Shown: positions 1 to 10,371 of the stretch, one piece after another | How positions within the stretch are numbered: the stretch's first letter is position 1 | Layout of the letters: the number at the start of each line of letters is the position of its first letter | DNA from: Candidatus Roizmanbacteria bacterium | GTDB lineage: Bacteria; Patescibacteriota; Microgenomatia; UBA1406; GWC2-37-13 | DNA length: 45,168 bases | Reading direction: 5' to 3' | Assembly (NCBI GenBank): GCA_037441985.1 | Contig: JBBIRE010000001.1 | Location: forward strand, 1-45,168 | Translations under genes and position numbers: made by a program | The notes under the pieces: model-generated | The model's input: the letters and a program-made list of their open reading frames with translations, nothing else | The model's database searches: none | Told to the model about the DNA's origin: nothing

Positions 1-302
1 AGGAGGCCTGTAAACGCTTAAAAATTATTCATATCTTTACCAGAATTAAGACTCCCAAAGACAACTCTGTTAACGAGAGATTTAACAGAACCTTGAAAGA
101 AGAATTTATGGAGGTGGATGAATACTTTGAGCCATACTTAACAGAATCAAATCTAATTAAAGCTAATGAAAGATTAACTGAATGGTTAATATTTTACAAC
201 TTCACCCGTCCTCATCAATCACTTGATTATCTGACTCCTTTTTTAAGTATTATCAGTTACAAATTAAAAAGAAGAAACTGTTACCTATGTACCCGACTTT
301 AA
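1..302 (+). CDS. Transposase, C-terminal fragment (DDE/rve integrase-core type, IS481-like); 5' end outside the window
   Basis: The reading frame starting at base 3 is open from the window edge: EACKRLKIIHIFTRIKTPKDNSVNERFNRTLKEEFMEV...WLIFYNFTRPHQSLDYLTP. This is the conserved C-terminal end of rve-domain transposases. The ORF track lists only the part from an internal TTG at 93. Stop TAA at 300-302. Confidence 0.85.
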   Translation, partial: EACKRLKIIHIFTRIKTPKDNSVNERFNRTLKEEFMEVDEYFEPYLTESNLIKANERLTEWLIFYNFTRPHQSLDYLTPFLSIISYKLKRRNCYLCTRL

Positions 303-309
303 CATCTTC

Positions 310-338
310 TTGACATTTTTTGGAGGATATATTATACT
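310..338 (+). promoter_or_regulatory. Sigma-70-like promoter TTGACA-N17-TATACT facing rpoB, located inside the IS end
   Basis: TTGACA at 310-315, a spacer of exactly 17 nt (316-332), TATACT at 333-338. It lies 62 nt upstream of the rpoB ATG (401), between the transposase stop and IR-R. Confidence 0.5.
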
Positions 339-365
339 TTCATTTGATAATTTTTATCCCTAAGG
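337..365. repeat. IS right terminal inverted repeat (IR-R)
   Basis: The reverse complement of 337-364 is TTAGGGATAAAAATTATCAAATGAAAG. It matches TTAGGGATAAAAAATTAGATTAATGAAG at 44768-44795: 13-nt perfect outer core, then TTA and AATGAA blocks, about 22 of 30 positions. Confidence 0.6.
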
Positions 366-400
366 ATTTGGGGGCTTATTTTTTTTATCTAAAACTCCAG

Positions 401-3400
401 ATGAGTAATGACGATATTAAAATAGACAATAATGATTTTGTTGAAAGGTTAGATCTAATCGCCATCCAAAAAAATTCATGGCAAGCATTTATTAATAAAG
501 AATTAAACGAGATAGTTAAAGACTTTTTTCCAATAGAAGATTATACCGGAAAAAAATTTGTTTTATATTTTGAAGATATTTTCTTTGGCGAACCTCGTTA
601 TTCGCTTGACACCTGTCTTAAAAAGAAATTAACTTACGATCAACCCGTTTATATTAAAGTCAGACTCTTTAATAAAAAAACTAACAGAGAAGTCACGCAA
701 GACGTTTTTTTCTTCAATCTTCCTATAATGACAAAAAAAGGAACGTTTATCATTAATGGGATTGAAAGAGCAGTAATCAATCAGATTGTTAGGGCACCAG
801 GGATTTATTATACAGCCCAAATTGATAAAAGCACCGGAGCAACGACTTATAATGCCGAAATAAGACCTTATCTTGGAGCATGGATTGATATTACTTTAAG
901 CAAACACAATTTAATTGATATGAAGGTCAATAAAAAAAGGAAGTTTTTGGCGACTCATTTTATTAAATTATTTGAAGGAGAGAATAATCAACAAATTTTT
1001 AATTATTTTCGCACTCTAGATCAAGGATTAGTTAATAAATATCTTGTTCCTACTTTAAATAAAGATAATGTCAATTCTTCTGAGGAAGCCTATTTGGAAA
1101 TTTATAAAAAAATAAAACCAGGCGAGCCTTCAATCTTAGAAAATGCTCAAAAAACTATTAATGCTCTTTTTTTTGATCCAAGAAGATATAGTTTGGAAGC
1201 AGTTGGGAGATATAAAATTAATAAAAAATTAGGGTTAAAGACAGAGATAAAAAGACAAAACTTTCTTTTAAAAAAAGAGGATATTATTGAGGCGATAAAA
1301 TATCTTTTAAATTTAACTATTAATAAGGGTGAATTCGATGATATTGATCATTTAGGCAATAGACGATTAAGAACTGTTGGAGAATTAGTGGGAATGTACG
1401 GGATACGAGTTGGGATGGTGAGAGTAGAGAGAGAGATAAAAGAAAGAATGAGTTTGGTAAGCAGCGATGATAAAATTTCACCTTCCTTAATTATCAACTC
1501 AAAACCTTTATCTCTTGCGGTCAACAGTTTTTTTAGGACGAGTCAATTATCAACGATTGTTGATCAAGTTAATCCACTTTCAGAGTTAGATAATCTTCGA
1601 AGAATCACTGTTGGTGGACCCGGAGGAATAGAAAAGGAAAGAGCTTCATTTTCAATTCGCGATATTTCTTCATCCCAATATGGAAGGATTTGTCCTATTA
1701 GATCTCCAGAAGGGCCAAATATTGGAGTGGTTACTTATTTAGCTTTATATGCAAGAGTCAATCAATATGGATTTCTTGAAACTCCTTATAGAAAAATAAT
1801 TAAAGAAAAAACAAAAAATGGAGTCAGAGTGAAAATTTCTGACGAGATAATTTATCTTCAGGCGGATGATGAAGAAAATTATTATATTACTTATTCAGAT
1901 CAAATTAAAATAGATAATAACGGTTATATTTTAAATAAGCAATTAGTGGCAAGACATAAAAGAGAAATTGTTGAAGTGCCAACCGAAAATGTAGAATTAG
2001 TCGATGTTGATTCTCAGCAAGCAGTTGGTGCTTCAGCCTCATTGATTCCCTTTTTACAGAATGACGATGCCAGTCGAGCGTTAATGGGAAGCCATATGCA
2101 ATGTCAGGCGGTTCCTTTAATAAAAGCACAAAAACCATTGGTTGGTACTGGGATGGAAAAAAAAGTCGCTCAAGAGTTAGAAAGAGTAATTTTAGCCCCG
2201 GAAGATGGAATTATAAAATATGTTGATGCCCAAAAAATTATTTTCAAGGGAAAAAGTGGCAAGGAATATCAAATAAATTTAGAAAGATTTAAAAGAACTA
2301 ATAAAGATATTGTTTTTGATCAAAAACCAGTGGTTTCCTTAAATCAAAAGGTAAAAAAGAATCAAGTTTTAGCTGATGGACCGGCGACTAAGGATGGGGA
2401 GTTAGCTTTAGGTCAGAATTTATTGATCGCTTATTCTTCTTTTCATGGTTTGGGTTATGAAGATAGTATTGTTATTTCAGAAAGATTGGTAAAAGAAGAT
2501 GTTTTTACTTCAATTACTGCTGAAGAATTTGTTGCCGATGTGGTTAAAACAAAATTGGGACCAGAGGAATTAACTCGCGATATTCCTAATGTAAGAGAGG
2601 AAGTTTTGCAAAATCTAGACAAGAATGGATTGGTTCTTATCGGTTCAGAGGTAAAAAGCGGTGATATTTTGGTAGGAAAAGTGGCCCCGAAGGGGGAAAA
2701 AGAATTAACCGCGGAAGAAAGATTACTCAGGGCGATCTTTGGTGAAAAAGCAAAGGATGTCAAAGATACTTCTTTAAGAATGCCTTATGGTAAAAAAGGA
2801 GTGGTGACTGATATTGAGATAATTGATACTAAAAGAGATCCAAATGAGCTTGATCCAGGAGTATTAAAAAGAATTATTATTACTACTGCTCAACTTCGCA
2901 AAATTAAGGTAGGAGATAAATTGGCTGGTCGTCATGGAAATAAAGGTATTATCTCAAAAATACTTCCTGAATATGAAATGCCTTATCTAGCTGATGGCAC
3001 ACCAATTGATATTATTATCTCTCCGATTTCAGTGTTATCGAGGATGAATCTTGGACAGATATTAGAAGCGATGTTAGGAATTGTTGCTTATAAAAAAAAT
3101 AAAAATTTCAGAATTCCAATTTTTAAAAGATTAAACGAAGAAACAATTATTGATTTATTAAAAGAATGTGGTTGGCCAGTTGATGGAAAGCAAATTTTAT
3201 ACAACGGCCAAACAGGAGAACCTTTTGAGAAACCAGTTTTTGTGGGTATGGGTTATATCTTAAAACTAATTCACATGGTTGAAGATAAATTTCACGCTCG
3301 ATCAATCGGGCCATATTCATTAGTCACTCAACAGCCATTAAGCGGGAAGGCTCAGATGGGAGGTCAAAGATTTGGCGAAATGGAGGTTTGGGCTTTAGAA

Positions 3401-3589
3401 TCCCATCGTGTTCCTTTCACTTTACAGGAAATGTTAACGATTAAAAGCGATGATGTCAGGGGGAGGATGAAAGCTTTTGAGTCAATTATTAAAGATGTTA
3501 ATTTACCTCAATCTGGAGTGCCTGAATCATTTAAAGTTTTAGTTAAGGAATTAAACTCATTAGTTTTAGATATCGATTATATTAAATAA
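401..3589 (+). CDS. rpoB: DNA-directed RNA polymerase subunit beta
   Basis: Hallmark beta motifs: GPNIGVV, SRMNLGQILE, GGQRFGEMEVWALE. The ORF is open from TTG 320, but the ATG at 401 (MSNDDIK...) is the likely start because the upstream 27 codons lie inside the IS end. Confidence 0.97.
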   Translation: MSNDDIKIDNNDFVERLDLIAIQKNSWQAFINKELNEIVKDFFPIEDYTGKKFVLYFEDIFFGEPRYSLDTCLKKKLTYDQPVYIKVRLFNKKTNREVTQDVFFFNLPIMTKKGTFIINGIERAVINQIVRAPGIYYTAQIDKSTGATTYNAEIRPYLGAWIDITLSKHNLIDMKVNKKRKFLATHFIKLFEGENNQQIFNYFRTLDQGLVNKYLVPTLNKDNVNSSEEAYLEIYKKIKPGEPSILENAQKTINALFFDPRRYSLEAVGRYKINKKLGLKTEIKRQNFLLKKEDIIEAIKYLLNLTINKGEFDDIDHLGNRRLRTVGELVGMYGIRVGMVRVEREIKERMSLVSSDDKISPSLIINSKPLSLAVNSFFRTSQLSTIVDQVNPLSELDNLRRITVGGPGGIEKERASFSIRDISSSQYGRICPIRSPEGPNIGVVTYLALYARVNQYGFLETPYRKIIKEKTKNGVRVKISDEIIYLQADDEENYYITYSDQIKIDNNGYILNKQLVARHKREIVEVPTENVELVDVDSQQAVGASASLIPFLQNDDASRALMGSHMQCQAVPLIKAQKPLVGTGMEKKVAQELERVILAPEDGIIKYVDAQKIIFKGKSGKEYQINLERFKRTNKDIVFDQKPVVSLNQKVKKNQVLADGPATKDGELALGQNLLIAYSSFHGLGYEDSIVISERLVKEDVFTSITAEEFVADVVKTKLGPEELTRDIPNVREEVLQNLDKNGLVLIGSEVKSGDILVGKVAPKGEKELTAEERLLRAIFGEKAKDVKDTSLRMPYGKKGVVTDIEIIDTKRDPNELDPGVLKRIIITTAQLRKIKVGDKLAGRHGNKGIISKILPEYEMPYLADGTPIDIIISPISVLSRMNLGQILEAMLGIVAYKKNKNFRIPIFKRLNEETIIDLLKECGWPVDGKQILYNGQTGEPFEKPVFVGMGYILKLIHMVEDKFHARSIGPYSLVTQQPLSGKAQMGGQRFGEMEVWALESHRVPFTLQEMLTIKSDDVRGRMKAFESIIKDVNLPQSGVPESFKVLVKELNSLVLDIDYIK

Positions 3590-3591
3590 CT

Positions 3592-6500
3592 ATGGAAAAA
3601 AAGGAAGAAGAAAATTTAATGTTTGATTTTAGCGGATTGAAAATTGGTTTAGCCTCTCCAGAAAAAATTTTAAGTTGGTCTCACGGTGAGGTGACAAAAC
3701 CTGAAACCATCAATTATCGCACTTTTAGACCAGAGAAAGATGGTCTGTTTGATGAAAAAATTTTTGGACCGACAAAAGATTACGAATGTTATTGTGGAAA
3801 ATACAAGAGAATTCGTTATAAAGGGATTATTTGTGATCGTTGTGGTGTAGAAGTGACTCTTTCGGCAGTGAGACGGGAAAGAATGGGTCATATTAAATTG
3901 GCGGCTCCGGTTGCTCATGTTTGGTATTTTAAGGGTACTTCTTCGATATTAAGCACCTTATTAGATATTCCCAGTCACGCTCTTGAGAAAATTATCTATT
4001 ATGCTCTTTTTTTAATAAAAAGCATTAATGATAAAAAAAGAGAAGAAGTTTTAAATAAATTAGATGAAATTAAAAAAGGTGAAATTGATCAGATAGAAAA
4101 AGAACAACAGCAATTAATAAGAAATTTTGAAGAGGAGATGAAAAAAGAGAAAGAGAAAATCATTAAAAAATTAACCAATAAAGAACAAAAAGACATTGCC
4201 CTTCAAGAATGGGAATTGAAAGTGAAAGAAAAAAGAAAAACAATCACGGATCAATTTATTAATAAAAAGAGTCAAAAGTTATCTTTCTTTGAATTATTAA
4301 TCAAAAAGATTAAATCTCTTTATCCTCATGATACTCTTGAAGAAGAGTATTATTTATACCTTAAAGAGAAAGGATTAGAAGATTTTCTTGAAGTAGGAAT
4401 GGGCGCTGAGGTAATTTATGATATTTTATCAAAATTTAATCTGAAAGAAATTTATCAAAAAACAGTGGAAGAACTATCAAAAGCAAAAGGCGAAAAAAGA
4501 GACCGATTGATAAAAAAGGTTAGATTGATGGAGGGAATGATTAAATCTAATATCAATCCTTTATGGACAATGATTACAGTTTTGCCTGTTTTGCCTCCAG
4601 ATTTAAGACCAGTCGTTCAACTTCCTGGAGGAAAATTTGCTACTTCAGACTTAAATGATTTTTACCGACGGGTAATTAACAGAAATAATCGTTTAAAACA
4701 ATTGATTGGTTTAGGAGCACCAGAGATTATTCTCAGAAATGAAAAACGAATGCTTCAAGAAGCGGTTGATTCGCTGATTGATTTACAAAAGGTACGCGGT
4801 CGAACTCAAACCCAAGGAGCGGCTTCAAAAGTTAAAAAATCACTCTCTGATATTCTTCGTGGGAAACAGGGAAGATTTAGACAAAATCTATTAGGAAAAA
4901 GGGTTGATTATTCGGGAAGATCAACGATCATTGTTGGGCCAGAATTAAAGTTAAACCAATGCGGAATTCCAAAAGAAATGGCGATTGAGCTTTTTAAACC
5001 TTTTATATTAAAAGAGATCATTATTAGAGGCTTAGCGACTAATATTAAGTCAGCTAAGAGTTTCTTAGAAACAAAGGATCCGGCAATTTATGATATTTTA
5101 GAAGAAATTGTTAAAAAACATCCAGTCCTCCTTAATCGAGCACCAACGCTTCATAAACTTTCAATTTTGGCTTTTTATCCAGTGCTGACCGATGATTTTG
5201 CGATTAAGCTTCATCCGGCGGTATGTGCTGGTTATAATGCTGATTTTGATGGCGATGCCATGGGGGTATTTTTACCGCTCTCTAAAAACGCAATAGAAGA
5301 AGTGAAAAATAGAATGTTTCCTCAATATAATCTGTTAAAACCCGCCGATGGTAGTCCAATCGTTGTTCCTAACAAAGAAATGGCAATGGGGTGCTATTAC
5401 TTAACCTCTGTTAATAAAGATTTGATAAAAAGCGACCAACAGTTAAAATTTTTTGTTAACGAAGAAGAAGCGATCAATGCTTATTATTTTAAAAAAATAG
5501 ATTTAAGAGAGTTGATATGGGTAAAAATTAACGATCAAATTTTAAAAACAACCGTCGGAAGAATAATTTTTAATCAAAAAATACCGGCAGAATTAAGATT
5601 TATTAATAATGAGATTAAAGCGGCTGACCTTAAAAACATTATTACTCAAGCAATAAAAAAAATTTCGGAAGAGCAAGTGGCGAGTTTGATTGATGATTTA
5701 AAAGAGATAGGATTTTGGGGGGCAACTATTTCCGCCGGTTTTTCTTTTTCTATCTTTGATATTACGATGCTAAAAAATAAACAAGATTTAATTTCAAAAA
5801 CTGAAGAACAAATAGATAAAATTGAAGAAAATTATCGTCAAGGTTTACTTACATTGGAGGAAAAAAGAAAGTTTTCTAACAATTATTGGATTGAAACGAC
5901 AGAAAAATTAGCCGATTTAACATGGCAAGAATTAGACGAAGAAAATCCAGTGAAACTGGCGATTAAATCTGGTGGACCAAGAGCATCGAGAGAACAATTA
6001 AAACAGTTAGCGGCAATAAAAGGATTAGTTGTTGATCCATTAGGAAAAATTATCGATATTCCTACAAAATCTAATTATCGAGAAGGATTATCTGTTTTTG
6101 AATATGTGATTTCAGCTCGGGGAGCAAGAAAAGGATTGACTGATTCTGCTTTAAAAACAGCCGATGCGGGTTATCTTACCCGTCGATTAGTCGATGCTGC
6201 TCACGATGTAATTGTCAGAGAGGAAGATTGTCGAGTGAATAATGGATTAGTTATTAAAAAAACTGGAGAGAGAGAGGAAAGGTTTTTTGAAAGAATTAAA
6301 GGAAGATTTGTTGCCAAAGACGTTTATAAAAAAGGAACAAAAAAAATTTTAGTTAAAAAAGATGACTTGATAACTGAAGAAATAATTAGTCAACTTCAAA
6401 AAGAAGAAATTGAAGAAATTGAAGTAAGATCGCCCTTATTTTGTCAGTCGCCTTTTGGAGTATGTCAAAAATGTTATGGGACTGATTTGTCAACAGGAAA

Positions 6501-7353
6501 ATTAGTTGATATCGGTGTCCCCGTTGGAGTTGTTGCCGCTCAATCAATCGGGGAACCAGGAACTCAATTAACAATGAGAGTGAGACATTTTGGAGGAATT
6601 GTTATTTCCGATGTTACCCAAGGTTTACCAAGAGTCGAAGAACTTTTAGAAGCAAGAACACCCAAAGTTGTTTCCCCAATTGCTGAATTTGATGGAAAGA
6701 TAACAATAAAAGAGGATTTAGAAAAAGAAGTTTATTTGGTTACTTTAACAAACGATGAAAAAAACAAACAAAGAGAATATATGATTCCCAAAAGTCAAAA
6801 ATTAAAAGTTTCTAACAATCAATTAGTCTCCGCAGGAACGTCATTATCCGAAGGTTATTTAGATATTAATGATATTCTAACCATTAAAGGATTAAAAGAG
6901 GCGCAGATATATTTATTGAATGAAGTTCAAAAAGTCTATGAATCACAAGGAATTAATATTCATGATAAACATTTTGAAATAATTATTAGAAAGATGAGCG
7001 ATAAAGTAATTATCGAAGATGAGGGTGATACGATGTTTGTTAAAGGAGAGGTGGTTTCAAAGTTAAGATTTCAAGAAGAAAATAAGCGAGTATTGAGTCA
7101 AGGTGAAAAGCCGGCGACTGGGAAGATGTCAATTTTAGGAATTACCAAAGCGGCTATTTATACCGATTCTTGGTTATCGTCTGCCTCTTTTGAACAAACA
7201 ACTAATGTTTTATCAGAAGCCGCTGTTTATGGGAAAGTTGATTATTTGCTTGGGTTAAAGGAAAATGTTATAATTGGACGATTAATTCCTGTAACTAAGG
7301 AATTAATAGAAAAATATTACGGTAAGTTTTTTAAACAATATGCCGACCATTAA
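3592..7353 (+). CDS. rpoC: DNA-directed RNA polymerase subunit beta'
   Basis: Zn-finger [34 protein letters not shown], catalytic NADFDGD. Starts 2 nt after the rpoB stop. Confidence 0.97.
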   Translation: MEKKEEENLMFDFSGLKIGLASPEKILSWSHGEVTKPETINYRTFRPEKDGLFDEKIFGPTKDYECYCGKYKRIRYKGIICDRCGVEVTLSAVRRERMGHIKLAAPVAHVWYFKGTSSILSTLLDIPSHALEKIIYYALFLIKSINDKKREEVLNKLDEIKKGEIDQIEKEQQQLIRNFEEEMKKEKEKIIKKLTNKEQKDIALQEWELKVKEKRKTITDQFINKKSQKLSFFELLIKKIKSLYPHDTLEEEYYLYLKEKGLEDFLEVGMGAEVIYDILSKFNLKEIYQKTVEELSKAKGEKRDRLIKKVRLMEGMIKSNINPLWTMITVLPVLPPDLRPVVQLPGGKFATSDLNDFYRRVINRNNRLKQLIGLGAPEIILRNEKRMLQEAVDSLIDLQKVRGRTQTQGAASKVKKSLSDILRGKQGRFRQNLLGKRVDYSGRSTIIVGPELKLNQCGIPKEMAIELFKPFILKEIIIRGLATNIKSAKSFLETKDPAIYDILEEIVKKHPVLLNRAPTLHKLSILAFYPVLTDDFAIKLHPAVCAGYNADFDGDAMGVFLPLSKNAIEEVKNRMFPQYNLLKPADGSPIVVPNKEMAMGCYYLTSVNKDLIKSDQQLKFFVNEEEAINAYYFKKIDLRELIWVKINDQILKTTVGRIIFNQKIPAELRFINNEIKAADLKNIITQAIKKISEEQVASLIDDLKEIGFWGATISAGFSFSIFDITMLKNKQDLISKTEEQIDKIEENYRQGLLTLEEKRKFSNNYWIETTEKLADLTWQELDEENPVKLAIKSGGPRASREQLKQLAAIKGLVVDPLGKIIDIPTKSNYREGLSVFEYVISARGARKGLTDSALKTADAGYLTRRLVDAAHDVIVREEDCRVNNGLVIKKTGEREERFFERIKGRFVAKDVYKKGTKKILVKKDDLITEEIISQLQKEEIEEIEVRSPLFCQSPFGVCQKCYGTDLSTGKLVDIGVPVGVVAAQSIGEPGTQLTMRVRHFGGIVISDVTQGLPRVEELLEARTPKVVSPIAEFDGKITIKEDLEKEVYLVTLTNDEKNKQREYMIPKSQKLKVSNNQLVSAGTSLSEGYLDINDILTIKGLKEAQIYLLNEVQKVYESQGINIHDKHFEIIIRKMSDKVIIEDEGDTMFVKGEVVSKLRFQEENKRVLSQGEKPATGKMSILGITKAAIYTDSWLSSASFEQTTNVLSEAAVYGKVDYLLGLKENVIIGRLIPVTKELIEKYYGKFFKQYADH

Positions 7354-7756
7354 TCAAACGATTAAACATAAAAGAAAAAAGAAAATAAGAAAATCTCGAT
7401 CAACAGCATTAAAAACTAGTTTTAATGCGATAAAAAGAAAGTATACCCATTTTCCTTCTCCTTTTAAAAGAGGAGTTTGTTTGATTGTGAGAACGATGAC
7501 ACCGAAAAAACCAAATTCTGCCTTACGAAAAGTAGCGAGAGTAAGACTATCTAATAAATCAGAGGTGACCGCTTATATTCAAGGAATTGGCCATAACTTA
7601 GCCGAGCATTCGATCGTTTTAGTAAGAGGTGGAAGAGTAAAAGATTTGCCCGGAGTCAAATATCATATTGTTCGAGGAAAATATGATACTGCTGGAGTAG
7701 TTGACAGAAAAACATCGCGCTCTAAATATGGGTCTAAATTAGTAAAACAATCATAA
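7340..7756 (+). CDS. rpsL: 30S ribosomal protein S12
   Basis: MPTINQ... N-terminus, [36 protein letters not shown]. Overlaps the rpoC 3' end by 14 nt. Confidence 0.95.
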   Translation: MPTINQTIKHKRKKKIRKSRSTALKTSFNAIKRKYTHFPSPFKRGVCLIVRTMTPKKPNSALRKVARVRLSNKSEVTAYIQGIGHNLAEHSIVLVRGGRVKDLPGVKYHIVRGKYDTAGVVDRKTSRSKYGSKLVKQS

Positions 7757-7778
7757 ATTTATTATTTATTATTTTTTT

Positions 7779-8252
7779 ATGCCACGACATTATTATAAAA
7801 AAAGGGTTGTTAAAAATGATACGCTTTATAATAGCTACGAGGTAGCAAAATTGATTAATTATGTGATGGTTGATGGTAAAAAATCAGTGGCTAAAAGAAT
7901 TGTTTATAATGTTTTAGAAAAAATAAAAGAAAAAAAAATAGATCCTTTAGAAGTACTTAAAAAAGCAATCGAAAACACCGCTCCTAAAACTGAGGTTAAA
8001 CCAAGAAGATTGGGAGGAGCTTCTTACTTAGTACCAATTGAGGTAAGAAAAGAAAGACAGCTTTTTTTAGCTTTAAATTGGATTATTGAAGCGGCAAAAA
8101 AACGTTCGAGTAAACAATATCATACATTTGAAGAAAAACTTTTGGCAGAATTAATCGATGCTTCAAACAATCAAGGAGAGGCAGTTCAAAAGAGAGTTCA
8201 AACAGAAAAATTAAGTGATGCAAATAAAGCATTTGCTCACCTTCGTTGGTAA
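7779..8252 (+). CDS. rpsG: 30S ribosomal protein S7
   Basis: [16 protein letters not shown] and [13 protein letters not shown] match conserved S7 blocks. Position after rpsL is canonical. Confidence 0.95.
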   Translation: MPRHYYKKRVVKNDTLYNSYEVAKLINYVMVDGKKSVAKRIVYNVLEKIKEKKIDPLEVLKKAIENTAPKTEVKPRRLGGASYLVPIEVRKERQLFLALNWIIEAAKKRSSKQYHTFEEKLLAELIDASNNQGEAVQKRVQTEKLSDANKAFAHLRW

Positions 8253-8263
8253 ATTTTATTTTT

Positions 8264-10369
8264 ATGGCACAACAATCAATTATTACTAAAAATAGGGTGG
8301 TTCCGTTAGAAAAAATCAGAAACATTGGGATTATTGCTCATATCGATTCAGGTAAAACAACAACAACAGAAAGAATTTTATTTTATACCGGCAGAACCTA
8401 TAAAATTGGCGATATTGATGAAGGAACAACACAAATGGATTGGATGCCTCAAGAGCGAGAAAGAGGAATAACAATTGTTTCGGCGGCAACGACCACTTTT
8501 TGGCGTGGAGTAAGAATTAATATTATCGACACTCCAGGACATGTTGATTTTACGGCAGAGGTTGAAAGATCTTTGCGAGTTTTAGATGGAGGAGTGGTCA
8601 TTTTTGATGCCGAAGAAGGTGTTCAAAGTCAATCAGAAACAGTTTGGCGACAAGCAGATAAATACAAAGTGCCCCGAATTTGTTTTATTAATAAGATGGA
8701 TAAATTAGGTGCTGATTTTGAAGGAACAGTCAATGAAATTAGAGATCGACTAGGGGCAAACCCAGTAGTACTAACCTATCCTGTAGGTCGAGAAAATGAC
8801 TTCAAAGGAGTGGTTGATGTTTTGAATTTAAAAACTTTGATTTGGGATCAAAATGATTCGATGGGAGAAAAATTTTCTGTTTACGAAAGAATTGATGATG
8901 AATTGAAAGATAAAGTTTTAAAATTAAGAGCGCAGTTAATTGAAACAATAGCAGAAAATGATGATCAATTACTTAATAAATATTTAGAAGGCCAAGAAAT
9001 TACTATCGATGAGTTAAAAAAAGGATTAAGAGAAGCGACTATGGCTTATAAATTAATTCCAGTTTATGCTGGTAGCTCGTTACGGAACAAAGGTGTTCAA
9101 CCCCTTCTTGATGGGATAATTGATTATTTGCCATCGCCGATGGATTTAAAACAAATAAAAGGAATTAACCCAAAAACTAATCAAGAGGAAATAAGACGAC
9201 TAACCCCTCAAGAAAGATTTACCGCTTTGGCTTTTAAGATTCAACTTGATCCTCATGTTGGAAAACTAACTTATACTCGAGTTTACGCGGGTGAAATTAC
9301 ATCCGGAAGTTATATTTATAATGTTAATACAGGGAAAGAAGAAAGAGTGAGCCGAATTCTTTTAATGCATGCTAATCAAAGAGAAGAGATTGATAAAGCC
9401 TTTGCCGGCGAAATTGTCGCTTTAGTTGGACCAAAGGAAACAAAAACAGGCGATACTTTAGCGGATAAAAATAATCCAATTCTTTTAGAGAAAATTGCCT
9501 TTCCTGAACCGGTAATTTCATTGGCGATTGAACCAAAAACTAAAGCGGATCAAGAAAAACTTTCTTATTCGCTCCAAAGACTTGTCGAAGAAGACCCAAC
9601 CTTTAAAGTGAAAATCGATCATGAAACCGGTCAAACAATTATGTCAGGAATGGGCGAATTGCATTTAGAGATTTTAGTTGATCGAATGAAAAGGGAAATG
9701 GGGATGAATGTTATTGTTGGCAAACCACAAGTTGCTTATAAAGAAACAATAAAAGGAGCGGCTGAGGCAGAAGGTAAATATATTCGTCAGACAGGTGGTC
9801 ATGGGCAGTATGGTCATTGTTTAATCAAGGTTGAGCCATTACCACTTGGTTCAGGCTTTAAATTTGTTAATAAAATTAAAGGAGGAGTGATTCCATCCGA
9901 ATTTATTCCGGCAGTAGAAAAAGGAGTTCAAGAAGCAATGGATAAAGGAGTTCTTCTCGGTTATCCGATTACCGATATTCAAGTAACTCTTTTTGATGGA
10001 AGTTATCACGAGGTTGATTCTTCGGATATTGCTTTTAAAATTGCTGGTTCGATTGCTCTTCAAGAAGCAGTAAAAAAAGCCTCTTTAACTTTAATTGAAC
10101 CAATTATGAAATTAGAGGTGACTGTTCCAGAAGAGTTTATGGGGACGGTAATTGGCAATATCTCCAGTAAAAGAGGTAAAATAATAGCAACAGAAAAAAG
10201 AGCAAAATCAGTGGTGATTAAAGCATATGCGCCATTAGCAGAACTTTCCGGTTATGCGACAATTTTGAGATCACTCACTGAGGGACGAGGAGTATTTTAT
10301 ATGGAGCCATCTCATTACGAAGAAGTACCGCAAAATATTATTCAAGCGATGTTAAATAAGAATAGTTAA
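8264..10369 (+). CDS. fusA: Elongation factor G
   Basis: GTPase motifs [24 protein letters not shown], followed by EF-G domains II-V. The ATG at 8264 (MAQQSII...) is preferred to the upstream non-ATG start at 8246. Confidence 0.97.
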   Translation: MAQQSIITKNRVVPLEKIRNIGIIAHIDSGKTTTTERILFYTGRTYKIGDIDEGTTQMDWMPQERERGITIVSAATTTFWRGVRINIIDTPGHVDFTAEVERSLRVLDGGVVIFDAEEGVQSQSETVWRQADKYKVPRICFINKMDKLGADFEGTVNEIRDRLGANPVVLTYPVGRENDFKGVVDVLNLKTLIWDQNDSMGEKFSVYERIDDELKDKVLKLRAQLIETIAENDDQLLNKYLEGQEITIDELKKGLREATMAYKLIPVYAGSSLRNKGVQPLLDGIIDYLPSPMDLKQIKGINPKTNQEEIRRLTPQERFTALAFKIQLDPHVGKLTYTRVYAGEITSGSYIYNVNTGKEERVSRILLMHANQREEIDKAFAGEIVALVGPKETKTGDTLADKNNPILLEKIAFPEPVISLAIEPKTKADQEKLSYSLQRLVEEDPTFKVKIDHETGQTIMSGMGELHLEILVDRMKREMGMNVIVGKPQVAYKETIKGAAEAEGKYIRQTGGHGQYGHCLIKVEPLPLGSGFKFVNKIKGGVIPSEFIPAVEKGVQEAMDKGVLLGYPITDIQVTLFDGSYHEVDSSDIAFKIAGSIALQEAVKKASLTLIEPIMKLEVTVPEEFMGTVIGNISSKRGKIIATEKRAKSVVIKAYAPLAELSGYATILRSLTEGRGVFYMEPSHYEEVPQNIIQAMLNKNS

Positions 10370-10371
10370 TC

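Larger units (their letters stand above)
1..365 (+). mobile_element. Right (3') portion of an IS element: transposase 3' end plus terminal inverted repeat
   Basis: Transposase stop at 302. Positions 337-365 are the reverse complement of a sequence found about 95 bp upstream of the transposase start at the other end of the window (44768-44797). Confidence 0.65.

Noticed and set aside
320-400. N-terminal extension of rpoB from the TTG at 320
   Set aside because: The extension (MEDILYFHLIIFIPKDLGAYFFYLKLQ) is hydrophobic and unlike RpoB. It overlaps the proposed IS terminal repeat and promoter. The ATG at 401 gives a normal N-terminus.
629-10063. Antisense ORFs of 62-102 aa inside rpoB, rpoC, rpsG and fusA (629-820, 1905-2138, 2455-2763, 3670-3918, 6386-6574, 8083-8325, 9851-10063)
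   Set aside because: Each lies entirely within a strongly supported conserved gene on the opposite strand. Their sequences are low-complexity and carry no motifs. These are typical shadow ORFs.
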